Of a stretch of DNA of 64,000 nucleotides, positions 28,167 to 42,383 are shown in pieces. The DNA is from the human T2T-CHM13v2.0 reference genome, Homo sapiens. How positions within the stretch are numbered: position 1 is the stretch's first letter; every line of letters starts with the position of its first letter. The stretch is from the NCBI RefSeq assembly GCF_009914755.1, contig NC_060932.1; one strand, written 5' to 3'. The notes beneath the pieces were generated by a model that did not search any database, was not told the origin of the DNA, and was given only the letters and a program-made list of their open reading frames with translations. Made by a program: the position numbers and the translations under genes.

Positions 28167-28463
28167 AGATAGGCATATTTTTAAGGAAATGCTATTAAAT
28201 ATGGAAAAATAAAAATATATATATTATAAGGTTGACTTGGGGTATAGTTTAGCCAGATTGTATATAATTCTGGAGAAATGTAACTCAAAAGAATTTGTTT
28301 ACTTATTGGATCTTGTTCTAAATGATGAACGTCTTAAAGATAGGATTATATCTTCAAGATAATATGTTTCTAACAAAATTGCTGACTTACACAAACTCAA
28401 CAGATGTTTGTTTAATCAAAAAGACAATAATACTTAATCCATTTTTAGTTTTATTACTTTTAA

Positions 28464-28787
<324 letters not shown>

Positions 28788-29029
28788 TGATTTACTTTTA
28801 ATAGAATTTTTATTAAACTCAGACTGTCTTAATATCAAAGCAAGATGTACAGAGAAGCCTAATAGAAACTAAATGTTTTGAAAAACATATAAATTCTTCA
28901 GAAACTAAATTTGCAAACATCCCATGCTTAACAGTTAGATGTCTACACAATTATATAAATTTTATCATCTGGTGTTTTATTTTTACATATTCTCTTAATC
29001 ATCCTTCATAATACTTTGGAGCTTGTCAA

Positions 29030-29265
29030 TATTCAGAATCGGGGCTAGGCTTGCTTTGCCCAATGTGATGATGAGATGTGGCAGAAATGACATGGCACAA
29101 GGTCTATCTCCTAGGCCTCCAAGGCCTTGCAGTAGCCTACTTTTCCCCCTCACAATTCCCCTGAAGCCACATAAGGAAGCCCAGAGTAGGTGACTGAATC
29201 ACAGGAGAGTGTTTTTCTTTATACATATTTGGCTTAGTTGTAGACTAAAGTAAGTTTAGATAATA
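29030..29265 (+). mobile_element. MLT1 (G/H-like) LTR remnant
   Basis: ttgctttgcccaat...gcagaaatgaca...ctaggcctccaaggccttgcag. Confidence 0.6.
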
Positions 29266-31419
29266 AGGAGGCTGTTGTTTATCAATCTCAAAAGTGTTTT
29301 TAGTAGACCCAGGAAAACAGAAATCTATCATTACTGGAGCATGAACATCATATTTTCTCAATTTTACAATCAATTTTACTCTAGCATTTTGGGGAAAGAA
29401 AGTTAATAATTTAACCAGTAAGACCAAGGAATGTGATGAGGAATGCAGATTGTAATGAGCTGCCTAGTTGCAGTGAGATGAAGATAAATCTTCCTCTCTG
29501 CTTTCTAGCAGAAATTTTGGTGAACCATTCTCTTTATTTCAAACGAAATTTTATTCGGAATCTTAATATAGCAGTTATTCATAATGGAAATTCTAGAGTC
29601 ACAAGAGAGCAAAGACAGTGCCAACAGGTGGTCCTGCCATGACTTACTACCATAGGCTATTTCTGAGACACCTCTGTACGCCTTTCAAATTCTGTGTAAA
29701 GCACTGTGAAAACCACTAAAGACTTCTTAAGGGCAGAGACTCAATTTAATTCATATTTAGATTCTTCCTCACTGCTGAAATAGGGCCATGTATTACATAG
29801 ACCCTTGGTTTGCTATCTGTTAAGGGAATAAATGAACAACAAAAATAGATAGCAACAGAATCTTGAGTAAGAAAATCCAAATAGTGGGATCCCAGTCCTC
29901 CATGTAATATGCCGAGTAGCCTTCTCACACATCTTGTTGTTTTTAAATTTTGTGTTTCCAGAAAATAGGATTTTAGTCCAATGCATAGTGCACTCTATTA
30001 AGCCCTAAAACCTAAAATGCCAAAAAGAATATGCAGAGAAAGAGAAAATATGTTTAACTCTGCCTACTTATGTATTACAAGCATTCATGGTATCTGTGTG
30101 ACATTTCTGACTTTATAAAATCCTTTAACATATAGTCTCCTAACATTCTCTAAAAGAAAACATTGAATTAAGAAGAGGCTGTGTTCTTCCATTGACTGAG
30201 CTATTCAACGGAATTTATTTAGATACTTTATAAAGTGCAGTACTTCTTTTTGTACAACTGAGTTTCCATGTTGCGTCCTATAGTGATAATGAACTGAAAC
30301 AGTTTTTCATTTCCATTGCTTTACCTTAACACTGAAGAATGACTTAAGCACTGTGGGGAATAACAATAGAACAAAGATTTTACAAATTTACTTAAAATAT
30401 TTCTCCAAACATAAAATGCTATTTTCATTATTTAAGGGCAAATTTGGATGAAAGGAGTAATAATAACTGAAAGTTAAAATTATGTCTTTTTTGTCCATGG
30501 CCTCATGGGCCTGCATCCCTTCCCCATCAGGATCCAGAACTAAGCTGCACGTAGTCACCATTTCTCACTAAACACACATCCTCCTCACTTCAAGAGATGC
30601 CGGAGTATGATTCACTAATTTTGTAATATGCTCTCACAGAACACTTACAGATGGAGGAAGGGAAGAGGACTGCACTCATCATTCAGAAAGCTCTCATATG
30701 AAACGAGTCTCTGCTTGTCCCATTTTAACCACTGTTCATGGTACCCAGTAAGTCAGACACTGACAAAGGGTTCATTTAAGAGACAGAACAAAGCCAAAAT
30801 ATTCCTCACAAATCAGACGAATATCCAGAAATGGAACTGGCAGCATTATAGACCTTAAATCCTGATCATTATTGTATTCATATATCCATATGTAGATACG
30901 GGCTGAAATGTTTAAGATGGTTGAACACTCTCTGATACACACACACACACAAACACACACCCGTCATCTGGTAGGTAGAAAAAAGGCAATAAGAAAATAA
31001 TGAAAATAAATCCGCCGAATAAAACTAATTCCTAATAAGGAATGAAGCATAGCAGAAAAACCTTTAGGGAGCGAGGGAAAAACAGATGGAGAAAGACAAA
31101 TAATGATGGTAATGATAATGACAATGATGTGAATAAAAAATAATGAGAATAATAATGAATGTTCCTATGTATATTTTATCCAAGGAATTCACAAGGGGCT
31201 TATCATGTGAAAAACCCTTTCTGCAAATAAACAATTTATTATGGGGGAAAAAATTGTTCATAATGGTAAGCACCACTTATAGAACAGAATAATGAGGACA
31301 GAACTTTTTTAAAAAAAGTTCAAAGACCAACATGAGATGTTAAATTTGAAAGCAAAATCTAATTTTATGTATCAGTGCTCATAAAAGGAAGGAGTGGTCT
31401 TTTAAAACACTTCAATGGC

Positions 31420-31751
<332 letters not shown>

Positions 31752-31800
31752 TCAATGGCTCCACTTCTTGCTGGAAAAAAAAAATAGAATTTATTTCTAC

Positions 31801-31894
31801 AAGGTGCAACTCGATTGGACTCTATCAGCGGGTATGCTGCAGGCATAAAGATGCAACTCATTTGGCCTCTATCAGCCAGTACAGTATAGGCATA
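31801..31894. repeat. Diverged 47-bp tandem duplication
   Basis: Ungapped alignment 36/47 identical by hand. Confidence 0.85.
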
Positions 31895-32423
31895 TACCAC
31901 CACTCGTGGTTCCTGAATATACCATGCTCCCTTGTGTCTTCATAACTTTGCATTGTGCACCAATTTGTTTTTTCATTTTTAATGCCCCAATTTGTTTTTT
32001 CAAAATGAGGATAATAGTATAATAATATTTTTATAATACAATAATAATTATATCTATTATATACATAATATATTTAACAGTAGATATTCACGTAATTGTT
32101 TTTGAGATATTCATTACATAAGATTGTTTAAATACATCACGATGCTAATCTAGATTTGACGAGTTCTAGCAGACTAGTAGTGCCAAGACAGACCCATCTG
32201 AAAAATTATATGAAGCAAATTTTTACCTTCAATTTGCTAATACAGAAACTGATAACATAATAGTTCGTCAAGCAATATTATTTTGTGTGTTGAATAAATA
32301 CTTTTAAAATGTAATTATTTTCTATTCTTTCCCCAGAGGTCAGTATATTATTTGGGGGTGGGGGTAAGGAGAGGGAGGTAAACTCATGTATGATTGCCAT
32401 AAGGAAACTGAAATATTATAAAC

Positions 32424-32522
32424 TATATTAAATATTATAAAGTATATATATGGTTTATGTTCTCACATAAAATATCTTAAATATTATAAAGTATACATAT
32501 ATGGTGTTTTTATGTTCTCACA
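32424..32522. repeat. AT-rich tandem duplication, about 49-bp period
   Basis: ttaaatattataaagtata...atatatggt...tttatgttctcaca twice. Confidence 0.88.
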
Positions 32523-32574
32523 ATTTGTTTGGGTAAGCACAGATTTCACTTGTGTGCACAGATGTCCATTATGT

Positions 32575-33060
32575 ATTTACTCATTCAGTAAACTTTTATT
32601 GAACCTGTATAGTATGCCATAAAGTGCTGTTGAAATGAAGAATAAGACATAGTATCTGCCACCAAAAGTTCATAACCCTGTGATTGAGACAAACACATAA
32701 ACTAATGATATTAATGAAATGCAAAAAGTGCTCTCTTAAAGGCACAAATAAATAAGTACATGCCTGATGTATCCAGGGAATCAAGGCAAGGCATCAAAAC
32801 AGAATTTAAAAAAACAATAAATATGCTGTCAATTGAATGAAGCCTTGAAAAATAAATAGAATTTGCCTGACAGATGAAGTTTCCAGGAAGAAAAATAGCT
32901 TTTACATAAACACAAGTACACTTCAATAGCTTGGCTTTTTCAGGCAAAGCAAATGAACAAAAAACAGAGAGAAAAGGTCAAGAAAACTCTGAAAGTTAGA
33001 GTTGCTGATCATGGAATATATGGTGTAGTGTAAGGATTTGGGTAAATAAGGATCATACTA
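32575..33060 (-). mobile_element. L2
   Basis: tcattcagtaaacttttattgaacc...gaataagacatagtatctgcc, reverse complement of the L2 3' end. Confidence 0.7.
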
Positions 33061-33880
33061 GAGTTTTTAGACGGGGACAGAACTAACTACCCAAGGCAAA
33101 GGGTCAGTGCAATGGAAATATTGAACTATTTATTGATAGTGATCACCAAAATTAAGTGTGTGTTTATATACCTCTGTGTGGGGTCAGAGGAGAGAGGGAA
33201 AGAAATAAACAAATATTGGATTGTTTCTTTTAAAACTCAGATCTAAGAGTAATGGATTAAAATCACATAGGATATTTGAAAATTAAGCTTGGCACATTTA
33301 TTTGTAGGGAGTGTATTGAGCTTCACATGGCTAAAAACGTCTCCCTTAACTGTACTTTCAATTACAGAAAGAAAATATTTGATTTTTTGTTTTACTTGAA
33401 TTACCATATCAGTTTTTCAGTTTTCCATATCACATTGACTATGTCAACTTAATCTAGGTTATTTTTTAACTTCTGTAGAACATAAACAATTGATTTGCTA
33501 TTGGTATATATATTTAAAATAATGCATTGTACAACATAATTAGGTAATAATATATCATTTAAACTTTCATTCATCAAGAAGTCTCAATTTGTTTGCAATC
33601 AAATACATTTGGGAAGCAGTGGAATGTTCTCTTCACGAAGATAAGATCAAGAAAATTATGTTTCACATTCCATTTATTTTGGGGGGTAAGACTGTCAGTA
33701 TTTCAACCCAAAGATACATTAATGATAAATAATTTGCATTGAATACTAAATAGTGAAAAGATATTTGTTCATGAAAATTCCCATGTAATTTGAATCAATA
33801 TATTTCAATTTCAATAAAAATGTTTTTATAATTGGGAATGTTTTAACATCTTATATATGATATCTATTTGATTTCATATA

Positions 33881-34250
33881 TAGTCAGTCCCAAATTTACA
33901 ATGGTTCAACTTGATGATTTTTCAACTTTACAATGGGGTGAAAGTGATACGTGTTCAGTAGAAACTGTACTTTGAGCATCCATAGAACCATTCTGTTTTT
34001 CACTTTCAATATAGTATTCAATAAGTTACCTGAAACATTCAACACTTTAAATAAAATAAGCTTTGTGTTAGATGGTTTTGCCCAACTGTAGGCTAACGTA
34101 AGTGTTCGGAACACATTTAAGGTAGGCTAGGCCAAGCTAAAATGTTTGAGATGTATAATGAGATGTATTAAATGCATTTAAACTTAGTATATTTTCAACT
34201 CATAATGGGTTTATAGTGACATAAACCCATCCTAAGGTGAAGAGCAACTA
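33881..34250 (-). mobile_element. MER47A (TcMar-Tigger), full length
   Basis: gcccaactgtaggctaacgtaagtgttc...ttaaggtaggctagg; TIR-like ends, TA on the left. Confidence 0.85.
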
Positions 34251-34344
34251 GAATAAACTATAAGCATTACTTTAAAAGTTTGTATGAAATATAAATATTT
34301 TCATCCATGTTCCCTAATAAAAATAACACATATGACTCTTAGTA

Positions 34345-35175
34345 TTTCTTTTTTTTTTCATTATTATACTTTAAGTTTTAGGGTACATGTGCACGATGTG
34401 CAGGTTAGTTACATATGTATACATGTGCCATGCTGCTGTGCTGCACCCATTAACTCATCATTTAGCATTAGGTATATCTCCTAATGCTCTCCCTCCCCCC
34501 TCCCCCCACCCCACAACAATCCCCAGAGTGTGATGTTCCCCTTCCTGGGTCCATGTGTTCTCACTGTTCAATTCCCACCTATGAGTGAGAACATGCGGTG
34601 TTTGGTTTTTTGTTCTTGCAATGTTTACTGAGAATGATGATTTCCAATTTCATCCATGTCCCTACAAAGGACATGAACTCATCATTTTTTGTGGCTGCAT
34701 AGTATTCCATGGTGTATATGTGCCACATTTCCTTAATCCAGTCTATCATTGTTGGACATTTGGGTTGGTTCCAAGTCTTTGCTGTTGTGAATAGTGCCAC
34801 AATAAACATACGTGTGCATGTGTCTTTATAGCAGCATGATTTATAGTCCTTTGGGTATATACCCAGTAATGGGATGGCTGGGTCAAATGGCATCTCTAGT
34901 TCTAGATCCCTGAGGAATTGCCACACTGACTTCCACAATGGTTGAACTAGCTTACAGTCCCACCAACAGTGTAAAAGTGTTCCTATTTCTCCACATCCTC
35001 TCCAGCACCTGTTGTTTCCTGACTTTTTAATGATCACCATTCTAACTGGTGTGAGATGGTATCTCATTGTGGTTTTGATTTGCATTTCTCTGATGGCCAG
35101 GGATGATGAGCATTTTTTCATGTGTCTTTTGGCTGCATAAATGTCTTCTTTTGAGAAGTGTCTGTTCATATCTTT
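34345..35175 (-). mobile_element. 5'-truncated young L1PA (L1PA3/4-like) with ORF2 C-terminus remnant
   Basis: ORF 34579-35202 [13 protein letters not shown]...[25 protein letters not shown] is the ORF2p Cys-rich end; L1PA 3' UTR; frameshift near the stop. Confidence 0.98.
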
Positions 35176-35920
35176 CAAAGAACATAATGGACTTTTCAAC
35201 ATGCCTTTAATTTTTCTTGGGCACTAAATTCTTGTACATTTCCCTTCATAAGTTCTCAAATGTAATATTGATTCATATCTGACCACTACAACCCAGTTAT
35301 GAGAGCAAAACAAACAAAAGAAAACAAGAAAGTGCCTTTGTTCCTGGTCGTGGGTTTTCCAACAAGATTATTAATACCATTACGTATCCAGATGGGGAAA
35401 GCTGAGCCATATGATCAACATTTCAAACTCTTCTGGCTGCCTACTTTCTCCCATTCTGGGGACAGAGTTCACATTCTTAGATAGTTTTATGCCCTTCTGC
35501 TGTGACACAGTAATTCTTTAGAAGAAAAACAGTGATAAAAATCAAATTACTTCTCCTCTTCCTCTATATTGCCAACACTGCAATGCATTCTTTTGCCTCA
35601 GAGCAAAGGGAGAAGATTAACATGCATCATACAGAGCTGTCTGGCTGATATGGTGAGGGGCCTCCTTCTATCTGTAAGGCAAAGTCAGCAGAGACTCTTA
35701 ACCAAGGATGAAGGAAAACACTCCACACCCAATTGCCTCAATTCCTCTGAAAACTAGAACCAAGGCAAGAAGGGAAGTGGTAGACCTATGACTGGAGAAC
35801 AGTAGGATTTAATATAATGTTTTTAAATTTTATTTTTTCACAGGCAATTATTTTTTATCTGGTCATAGAATAGCCAGAAGTTTTCAAATAAGAAAATGAC
35901 TAATCAATAAAGCAAGGGGA

Positions 35921-36311
35921 GTGACAACTTGGTTGGACCACTCGGCTCAGATATGCAGTCAAGCATTATTCCGAGTGTTTTTGCACGGGTGTTTTTCGTT
36001 GAGATTAACATTTAAATCACTGGATTTTGAGTAAAGCAGACTGCCCTCCATAATGTGGGTTAGCTTTATACAATTAGTCTAAGGCTTGAATAGAGCAAAT
36101 GACTGAATTTCCCTGAGCAAGAGAGAACTGTGCAGCCTGAAGGCCTTCAGACAGGAACTGCTATATTGTCTCTTCTCTAAGACTCCAGTCTATCAATCCA
36201 CCTACAGATTTTGGACTTGTTAGTCTCTATAATTGCATCAGCCAATTTCTTAAGTGTCTTTTATACATACTCATCCTATTGATTCTGTTTCTCTGGAAAA
36301 CTCTAACATAC
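35921..36311 (+). mobile_element. MLT2 (ERVL) solo LTR, MLT2D/B-like
   Basis: gagattaacatttaaatc...gagtaaagcagactgccctccataatgtggg...cctattgattctgtttctctgga. Confidence 0.88.
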
Positions 36312-37064
36312 TCCGCAACAGGCTATCATCATGTAGAAGTTAGTTCATGCTTCCTTCAGTTAACGTTTAGGATTGTTCACACCTGTGTCCCCTACCAGAT
36401 AGTAAATCCAGTGAGATAGAAACCACATGTTGCAGCCCTTATGGCTTCTCCCACATGGTGTGGAAATCAGTCTTTATCAATCCTCATGGTATTAGAACAA
36501 AGCTTTAAAAACAAATCTGCATTGAAATGAATAATATGTGATTCTTTCCCCTTCTAAGTCCTCAACAGCCTCATGTGTTTTGGATCACCCTAGCTTTGAC
36601 TTTGCTCAAAGTATTTAAGAAATCGCTAGCTTGAAATGTGGTTAATTGAACCAATGATCTTCATTAGCACGAAGGCAATATATTCAAACCAACATGAACA
36701 AGTATTACTATCCTTTCAAAAGGTTCTCTGTTCTCTTATTATCCTAGCTGTTTTGCTTCCTAATTACTTCGTTAACTAATTTATTACCTATTAAGTACTC
36801 ATTTAATTACCTTACATGTAGGTACTGGCTATATTAAGGGCCTTTGAAGGTTTTAATCTGACAATCTAAGAAAATTGTCATTGTAGTGACTTTGACTGAA
36901 ACACCACATAAAGGAAAAAAATGCTTGTATGGAAAATATTCAAGCACATAAACAAATTATTCACAATTATAGTATACTAAATTGTAAAGAAAATTGCACT
37001 AATAAAACTAAACAAATGTACAAAAAGGGTGATGGATCTTGGCTAGTTACAACTTCAGCTAGGT

Positions 37065-37180
37065 CTTATGCCTCTCAAACATTACATTACTGTGTATATG
37101 AATCACCTGGAGATTTTGTAATAATACAAATTCTGATTGAGTTGTTTCCAGACCACCCTTTGAGTAGCAAAGGTCTAGAG
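37065..37180. mobile_element. MER5-type hAT-Charlie fragment
   Basis: gaatcacctggag...aaattctgatt...gaccaccctttgagtagca. Confidence 0.7.
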
Positions 37181-37383
37181 TGTAGAGCCCAGAACAAAAA
37201 CCATTCAGTAATCAGCTTCTCCTTCTAAATAGTAATATTGAGCAACTGCAGAGTTCTGGTTTCACACAATTTTATTCATAGGAAAAATTTCCTACTACCT
37301 ATCACAAAGAATCATTCACTTACCTAATTATTTTCCTACGTCCCCACTCTGTGTATGACAGTATGCTGAGTAGAATATTTGAC

Positions 37384-37420
37384 TGTGTGTGTGTGAGTGT
37401 GTGTGTGTGTGTGTGTGTGT
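37384..37420. repeat. (TG)n microsatellite
   Basis: Read directly. Confidence 0.95.
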
Positions 37421-38096
37421 ACACAGGGGGGAATAGAGATCATGAGGAAAGGTATACAAAATATACTGGTTCCACCTTCATATTATTTATAACGAATTAA
37501 TAAAAATATTATCAAACAACTTAACCATATAACACAGTACATATGAGGTACATGAGTATATAGAGTTTGGTTACATAGAGAAGTAAGTGTGGTTTGGATT
37601 TAATTATATGCAAAATTTCAAGTGAAAAAGATGTGAAGTCATTTTGAAAAGAAAGGAAATAAGGTTAATTTTCAAAAAGGTAAAAATTTTGAAATCAGAA
37701 TTGGTTATTGAGTTTTATTTGGATTGATATGTAAAAATGGAAGAGCACAGGTGAGTGCAAACAGAACATCTTTAATGTGACACAGAAGACAAGAGAAGTA
37801 AATACAATTCCAATATGTAAAACAGATGCCTGTGACTGGGAGGTGGAAGGAAAAGGGAAGTGGACTCTCTTGCATCTGGGCTTTTCCAAGGTAAATAAGC
37901 CCATCGTGGAAACACAGAAACGTCATCACATGTACAAACAATATCATTATGAAATGAGTATAGAAACAAAATGAAGACATTCAAAAGTTAAAAAATGGTG
38001 ATACTGGAAGAGAAAAAAGTGAACTCTTAATTCTTATTTTATAGAATTTAAAATGTGGTGATTTGAAGCCTATTTTATATTTTTAAGTTTGCTCTT

Positions 38097-38422
38097 TGAT
38101 ATGGTTTGACTGTGTCCCCACCCAAATCTTACTTTGAATTGTAATAATCCCCACATGTCAATGGTGGGGCCACATGGAGAATAAGTGAATCATGGGGGTG
38201 GTTTCCCCATACTGTTATTGTGGTAATGAGTAAGCCTCATGAGATCTAATGGTTTTATAAATGCAAGTTCCCCTGCACACACTCTCTTGCCTGCCACCGT
38301 GTAAGATGGGCCTTTGCTTCCCCTCTGCCTTCACCGTGACTGAGTCCATTAAACCTGTTTCCTTTATAAATTACCCAGTCTCGGATATGTCTTTATTAGC
38401 AGTGTGAAATCAGACTAATACA
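38097..38422 (+). mobile_element. THE1 (C-like) solo LTR with a small internal deletion
   Basis: tgatatggtttg...cagactaataca; 5-bp TSD ctctt/ctttt. Confidence 0.93.
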
Positions 38423-38423
38423 C

Positions 38424-38712
38424 TTTTTTTTCTTTTTCTTTTTTTTTTTTTTTTTTGAGATGGAGTCTCGGTCTGTCGCCCATGCTCACTGCAAGCTCAG
38501 CCTCCCGGGTTCAGGCCATTCTCCTGTCTCAGCCTCCCGAGTAGCTGGGACTACAGGCGCCTACCACCACGCCCAGCTAATTTTTTGTATTTTTAGTAGA
38601 GGCGGGGTTTCACCGTGTTAGCCAGGATGGTCTCCATCTCCTGACCTTGGGACCCGCCCACCTGGGCCTCCCAAAGTGCTGGGATTACAGGCGTGAGCTA
38701 TGGCGCCCAGCC
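38424..38712 (-). mobile_element. AluY with an internal deletion of about 25 bp
   Basis: gcaagctc...caccgtgttagccaggatggtctc; TSD cagactaatacactttt. Confidence 0.96.
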
Positions 38713-39539
38713 CAGACTAATACACTTTTCAAAGAAAAGATCAAAAAGTAGAAACGGTTAAACTCTTCATTGTGTTAAAATACTGAAATAAATTAAATAC
38801 CAGGTTATAGACTGACCACAGAAATGTTAGAACAATCCCTTGATGTATACCATGGTAAAAGACAATGGAATAAAATACAATTTCCACTTTGTTGAATGGC
38901 ACCCGAATGTTCAGACAGCATCAGAAAGCCAGATGTAGTCCAGCATGTATTCTATCTGTGAGGAGGAATGTATGAATCCCAAGTGTGGTGACTCTCTGCA
39001 GTGAATACAGACTGTTATCAGATTATGTCACTCTGGCTTAAATTTAGTAAATGCTCAAGATGTGGCATTTGAAACATGGACGTTTATCTAAAGTTAATCC
39101 ATCCTAAGAGAAACTAGGGCATTTCACTAAAACTTTCATCATGACGACTTGAATTAGAACAGTAAAATAAGAAATATGACCTATATTATTCTGAAGCCAT
39201 AATATATAACCATGTTATAATTACAGATATCATAAACGAGTAATATTAACGACATTTAATTTGTAAAAGAGAAAGCTGAATAAAAAAATACGTCAGTATT
39301 TTCTATACACTTCAGGTGGGAAAAGTGATTTTAAATGATTAACGCAAACGAACAAATTACCACAGTTTAAGAATATTAAAATTCGTTTCATTAATATCTT
39401 TAGTAGAAATCCAGTTTGCCTTTTCTAGTTGAAGATCCAATCACAGACTGTATATTGCTTTTAGTCTTCATGTATCTTTAATCTCATATGTTTTGAAATG
39501 CTTCATTACTGGTTTGATAATTGCAATGTGATGCATAAG

Positions 39540-39835
39540 ACATACGCATATCCATGTTCACAGGAAATGTACATTGAAGTATTTAGAGGACATGATGTTT
39601 GCAACTTGACTCCAAATGGTTTAGAAAAAAAGTGTTAATGCATGTATGTGGGTATGTGTGTGTATGTGTGAGAGAGAGACAGAGACACAGAAAGAGAGAG
39701 ATGGAGTAATAGAGAAAATAAAGCCAGTGTGGCAAAATGTTAATTGAATCTGAGTGAAGGATATACAGAAGTTATTTGTACATATCTTACACCTTTTCTT
39801 ATGTTTGAAATTATTTCCAAAAAAAAAAAAAAAAG
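39540..39835 (+). mobile_element. Old L1 (L1MC/ME) 3' end
   Basis: tgaagtatttag...ggcaaaatgttaattgaatctgagtgaagg...tttgaaattatttcc plus poly-A. Confidence 0.75.
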
Positions 39836-39864
39836 GAATAAGAACATCATTTAAAGAAAAAAAT

Positions 39865-40135
39865 TGGAGACAGGGTCTTTGTTACTCAGGCTGGAGTGCA
39901 GAGGCATGATCTCAGCTCACTGTAACCTTCATCTCCCAGACTTAAGCGATCCTCCCACCTTAGCCTCCCTAGTAGCTGAGAATATAGGCATGCACCATCA
40001 TGCCTGGCTAATAATTTTTTTTTGTTTTTGTAAAGATGAGGTCTCAACTGATTGTCCCGGCTAGTCTCAAACTACTGGCCTCAAGCGATCCTCCCTCGAT
40101 CTCCTAAAGGCCTGAAATTACAGGCATGAGCCAGC
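39865..40135 (-). mobile_element. AluJo-like, tail missing
   Basis: gagacagggtc...ctggcctcaagcgatcctcc. Confidence 0.9.
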
Positions 40136-40236
40136 TAAAAATCTTTATAAATTATATTAGTTAACACAGGCTTTTGGGGCCTTCAGGAGTACAGAATTAA
40201 GGTGAAAAACTGTCACCCCAAATCTATATTTCAGAA

Positions 40237-40414
40237 TAGGATTTCTCAAGAGAGGACACTGGTCACTTGAGGACCTAAATGAATTTCAGTGAGTCCATTG
40301 TATTCTTAAAATCATATGCATGAATTTGTAAATGAACTTTTTTCCTGGGAAAACAGTCCATAGTTTTCATCAGATGCTCAGACTCTACTGTCCCCAAAAG
40401 CATGGGAATTACTG
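40237..40414. mobile_element. hAT-Charlie MITE (MER117-like)
   Basis: taggatttctcaa...gtccatagttttcatcagatgctca...gggaattactg. Confidence 0.55.
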
Positions 40415-41012
40415 CATTAATTTCTGTTCATCTAAAGACACCTTAAAAAAAAAACAGAAAAGACAGTGTATAGTCTAGAAAGAATTTTAAAATGTATGTG
40501 GATGACAAGAAACCTATGTTACGGATATATAAAACACACGTGTAAATCAATAAGGAAATGACAATCTAATAGAAAACTGGGCAAAGGACATTAATCAATA
40601 TTTCAATGACGAGGAAACCCATATGGGCAGTAAACATTGAGAGAGATGTTTTATTTCATGAGTAATCAGAGAAATGCAGATCAAGAACACAGTGAGATAT
40701 AATTTATGCACATTTGATTGGGATAAAGAAAGAAGATCAACAATCCCAAGTGATGAAGAGGATATGAATTAACAGCACTTTACAGCATTCCTGGAGTGTA
40801 AAGTTATATCGCCATTCGTGAAAACACATTAGGAATATCTTATAACATTAAATAGTCTCACACTCCATGACCTAGCATCACATTCCTAGACATATGTGCA
40901 AGAGTGATTCTTACATGCATATACAAGGAAATATGTACAATACTATCCACACCAGTACTGTTAACAACAGCAAAAAGCTAAATACAACTCAAGTGCATAT
41001 TTTCAAGAGAAC
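40415..41012 (+). mobile_element. L1ME ORF2 3' region, interrupted by an LTR; probably continues about 41520-41800
   Basis: aatagaaaactgggcaaaggaca...gtaatcagagaaatgcagatcaagaacacagtgagata. Confidence 0.8.
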
Positions 41013-41515
41013 TGTAATATTCAGCTTCTAACATAGTCCCGTGATCCTTGTCTTTTGGTCTCCATGCCTTTTTTGAGTTCCTCACATATTAAATCATGGT
41101 CACCTATATAACCAATAGATTATGGCTGAAGTGATTATATCTGACTTCCCAAACTAAGAAATTAAAAATATCACAAGTTTTGGCTTGGTCTCTTGATTAA
41201 CTTGCACTGCGGCAAATCAGTTGCCATGTTATGAGAACACTCAAGCATTTCCACTGAGAAGCCTGCATGCAGAGAAGTCAATTTTCCAGCACTAATTTAT
41301 TGGACAGATGAGTATGCCCTTTGAAAGTGCATCCACCAAGGCCGGTCAAGCCTTCAAATGATTGCAATTCAGCTGCCATCCGACCCTAACCTCATGAGAG
41401 ACCCTGAGCCTAATTTGCTTACTGAGTTGCTTCCAAATTTTTGATCTACAAAAATTGGAAGAAATGATTGCTTTAAGCCACTACGTTTTTATTTGTTAAG
41501 CAGAAATAGATATTC
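41013..41515 (+). mobile_element. MLT1F-like LTR nested in L1ME
   Basis: gtcaagccttcaaatgattgca...aacctcatgagagaccctgagcc...ttaagccacta. Confidence 0.82.
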
Positions 41516-42013
41516 AATGAAAAATAAATTATGGTATATAATATAAAATTCAAAATCAACTGAAGTGAAAATATTCTTTAACGTGCATAGGTATTACATA
41601 GAACTTTAGAAAGCAATGGGCTGAGCCATACAAAACTAAAGATAGGGTTTAGTTGGTGTGGGTGAAGCAAAAGGGATTCAACAGTAGCAGAGCATATAAA
41701 TAAATGAAAGTTATTAGCAATGTTCTGATGCTTGCTTTGAGCCATGTTTATAGGTGATCATTTGATTATTAATAATTGCATTTAATTAAATTGTTTAAAG
41801 ATTACATTTATGTAAATTTGACCAACGTATGATCTAGAGATTAGAAATAATTAAATTATATGGATCTGTGTTCCTCTGAGGGTTTCTCACGGACATATCA
41901 GGAGGAAATAAATAATTGTCATTCTACAGTCAGAGTGCCTTTCTAACTTCCCTTAAGATGTACCCTGTTGGAGGCTGACTACTGAAGAAGAGAAAATGAA
42001 CATAGAAAAATAC

Positions 42014-42383
<370 letters not shown>

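Noticed and set aside
34579-35202. 207-aa ORF as a functional gene
   Set aside because: C-terminal fragment of L1 ORF2p in a 5'-truncated, promoterless copy with a terminal frameshift
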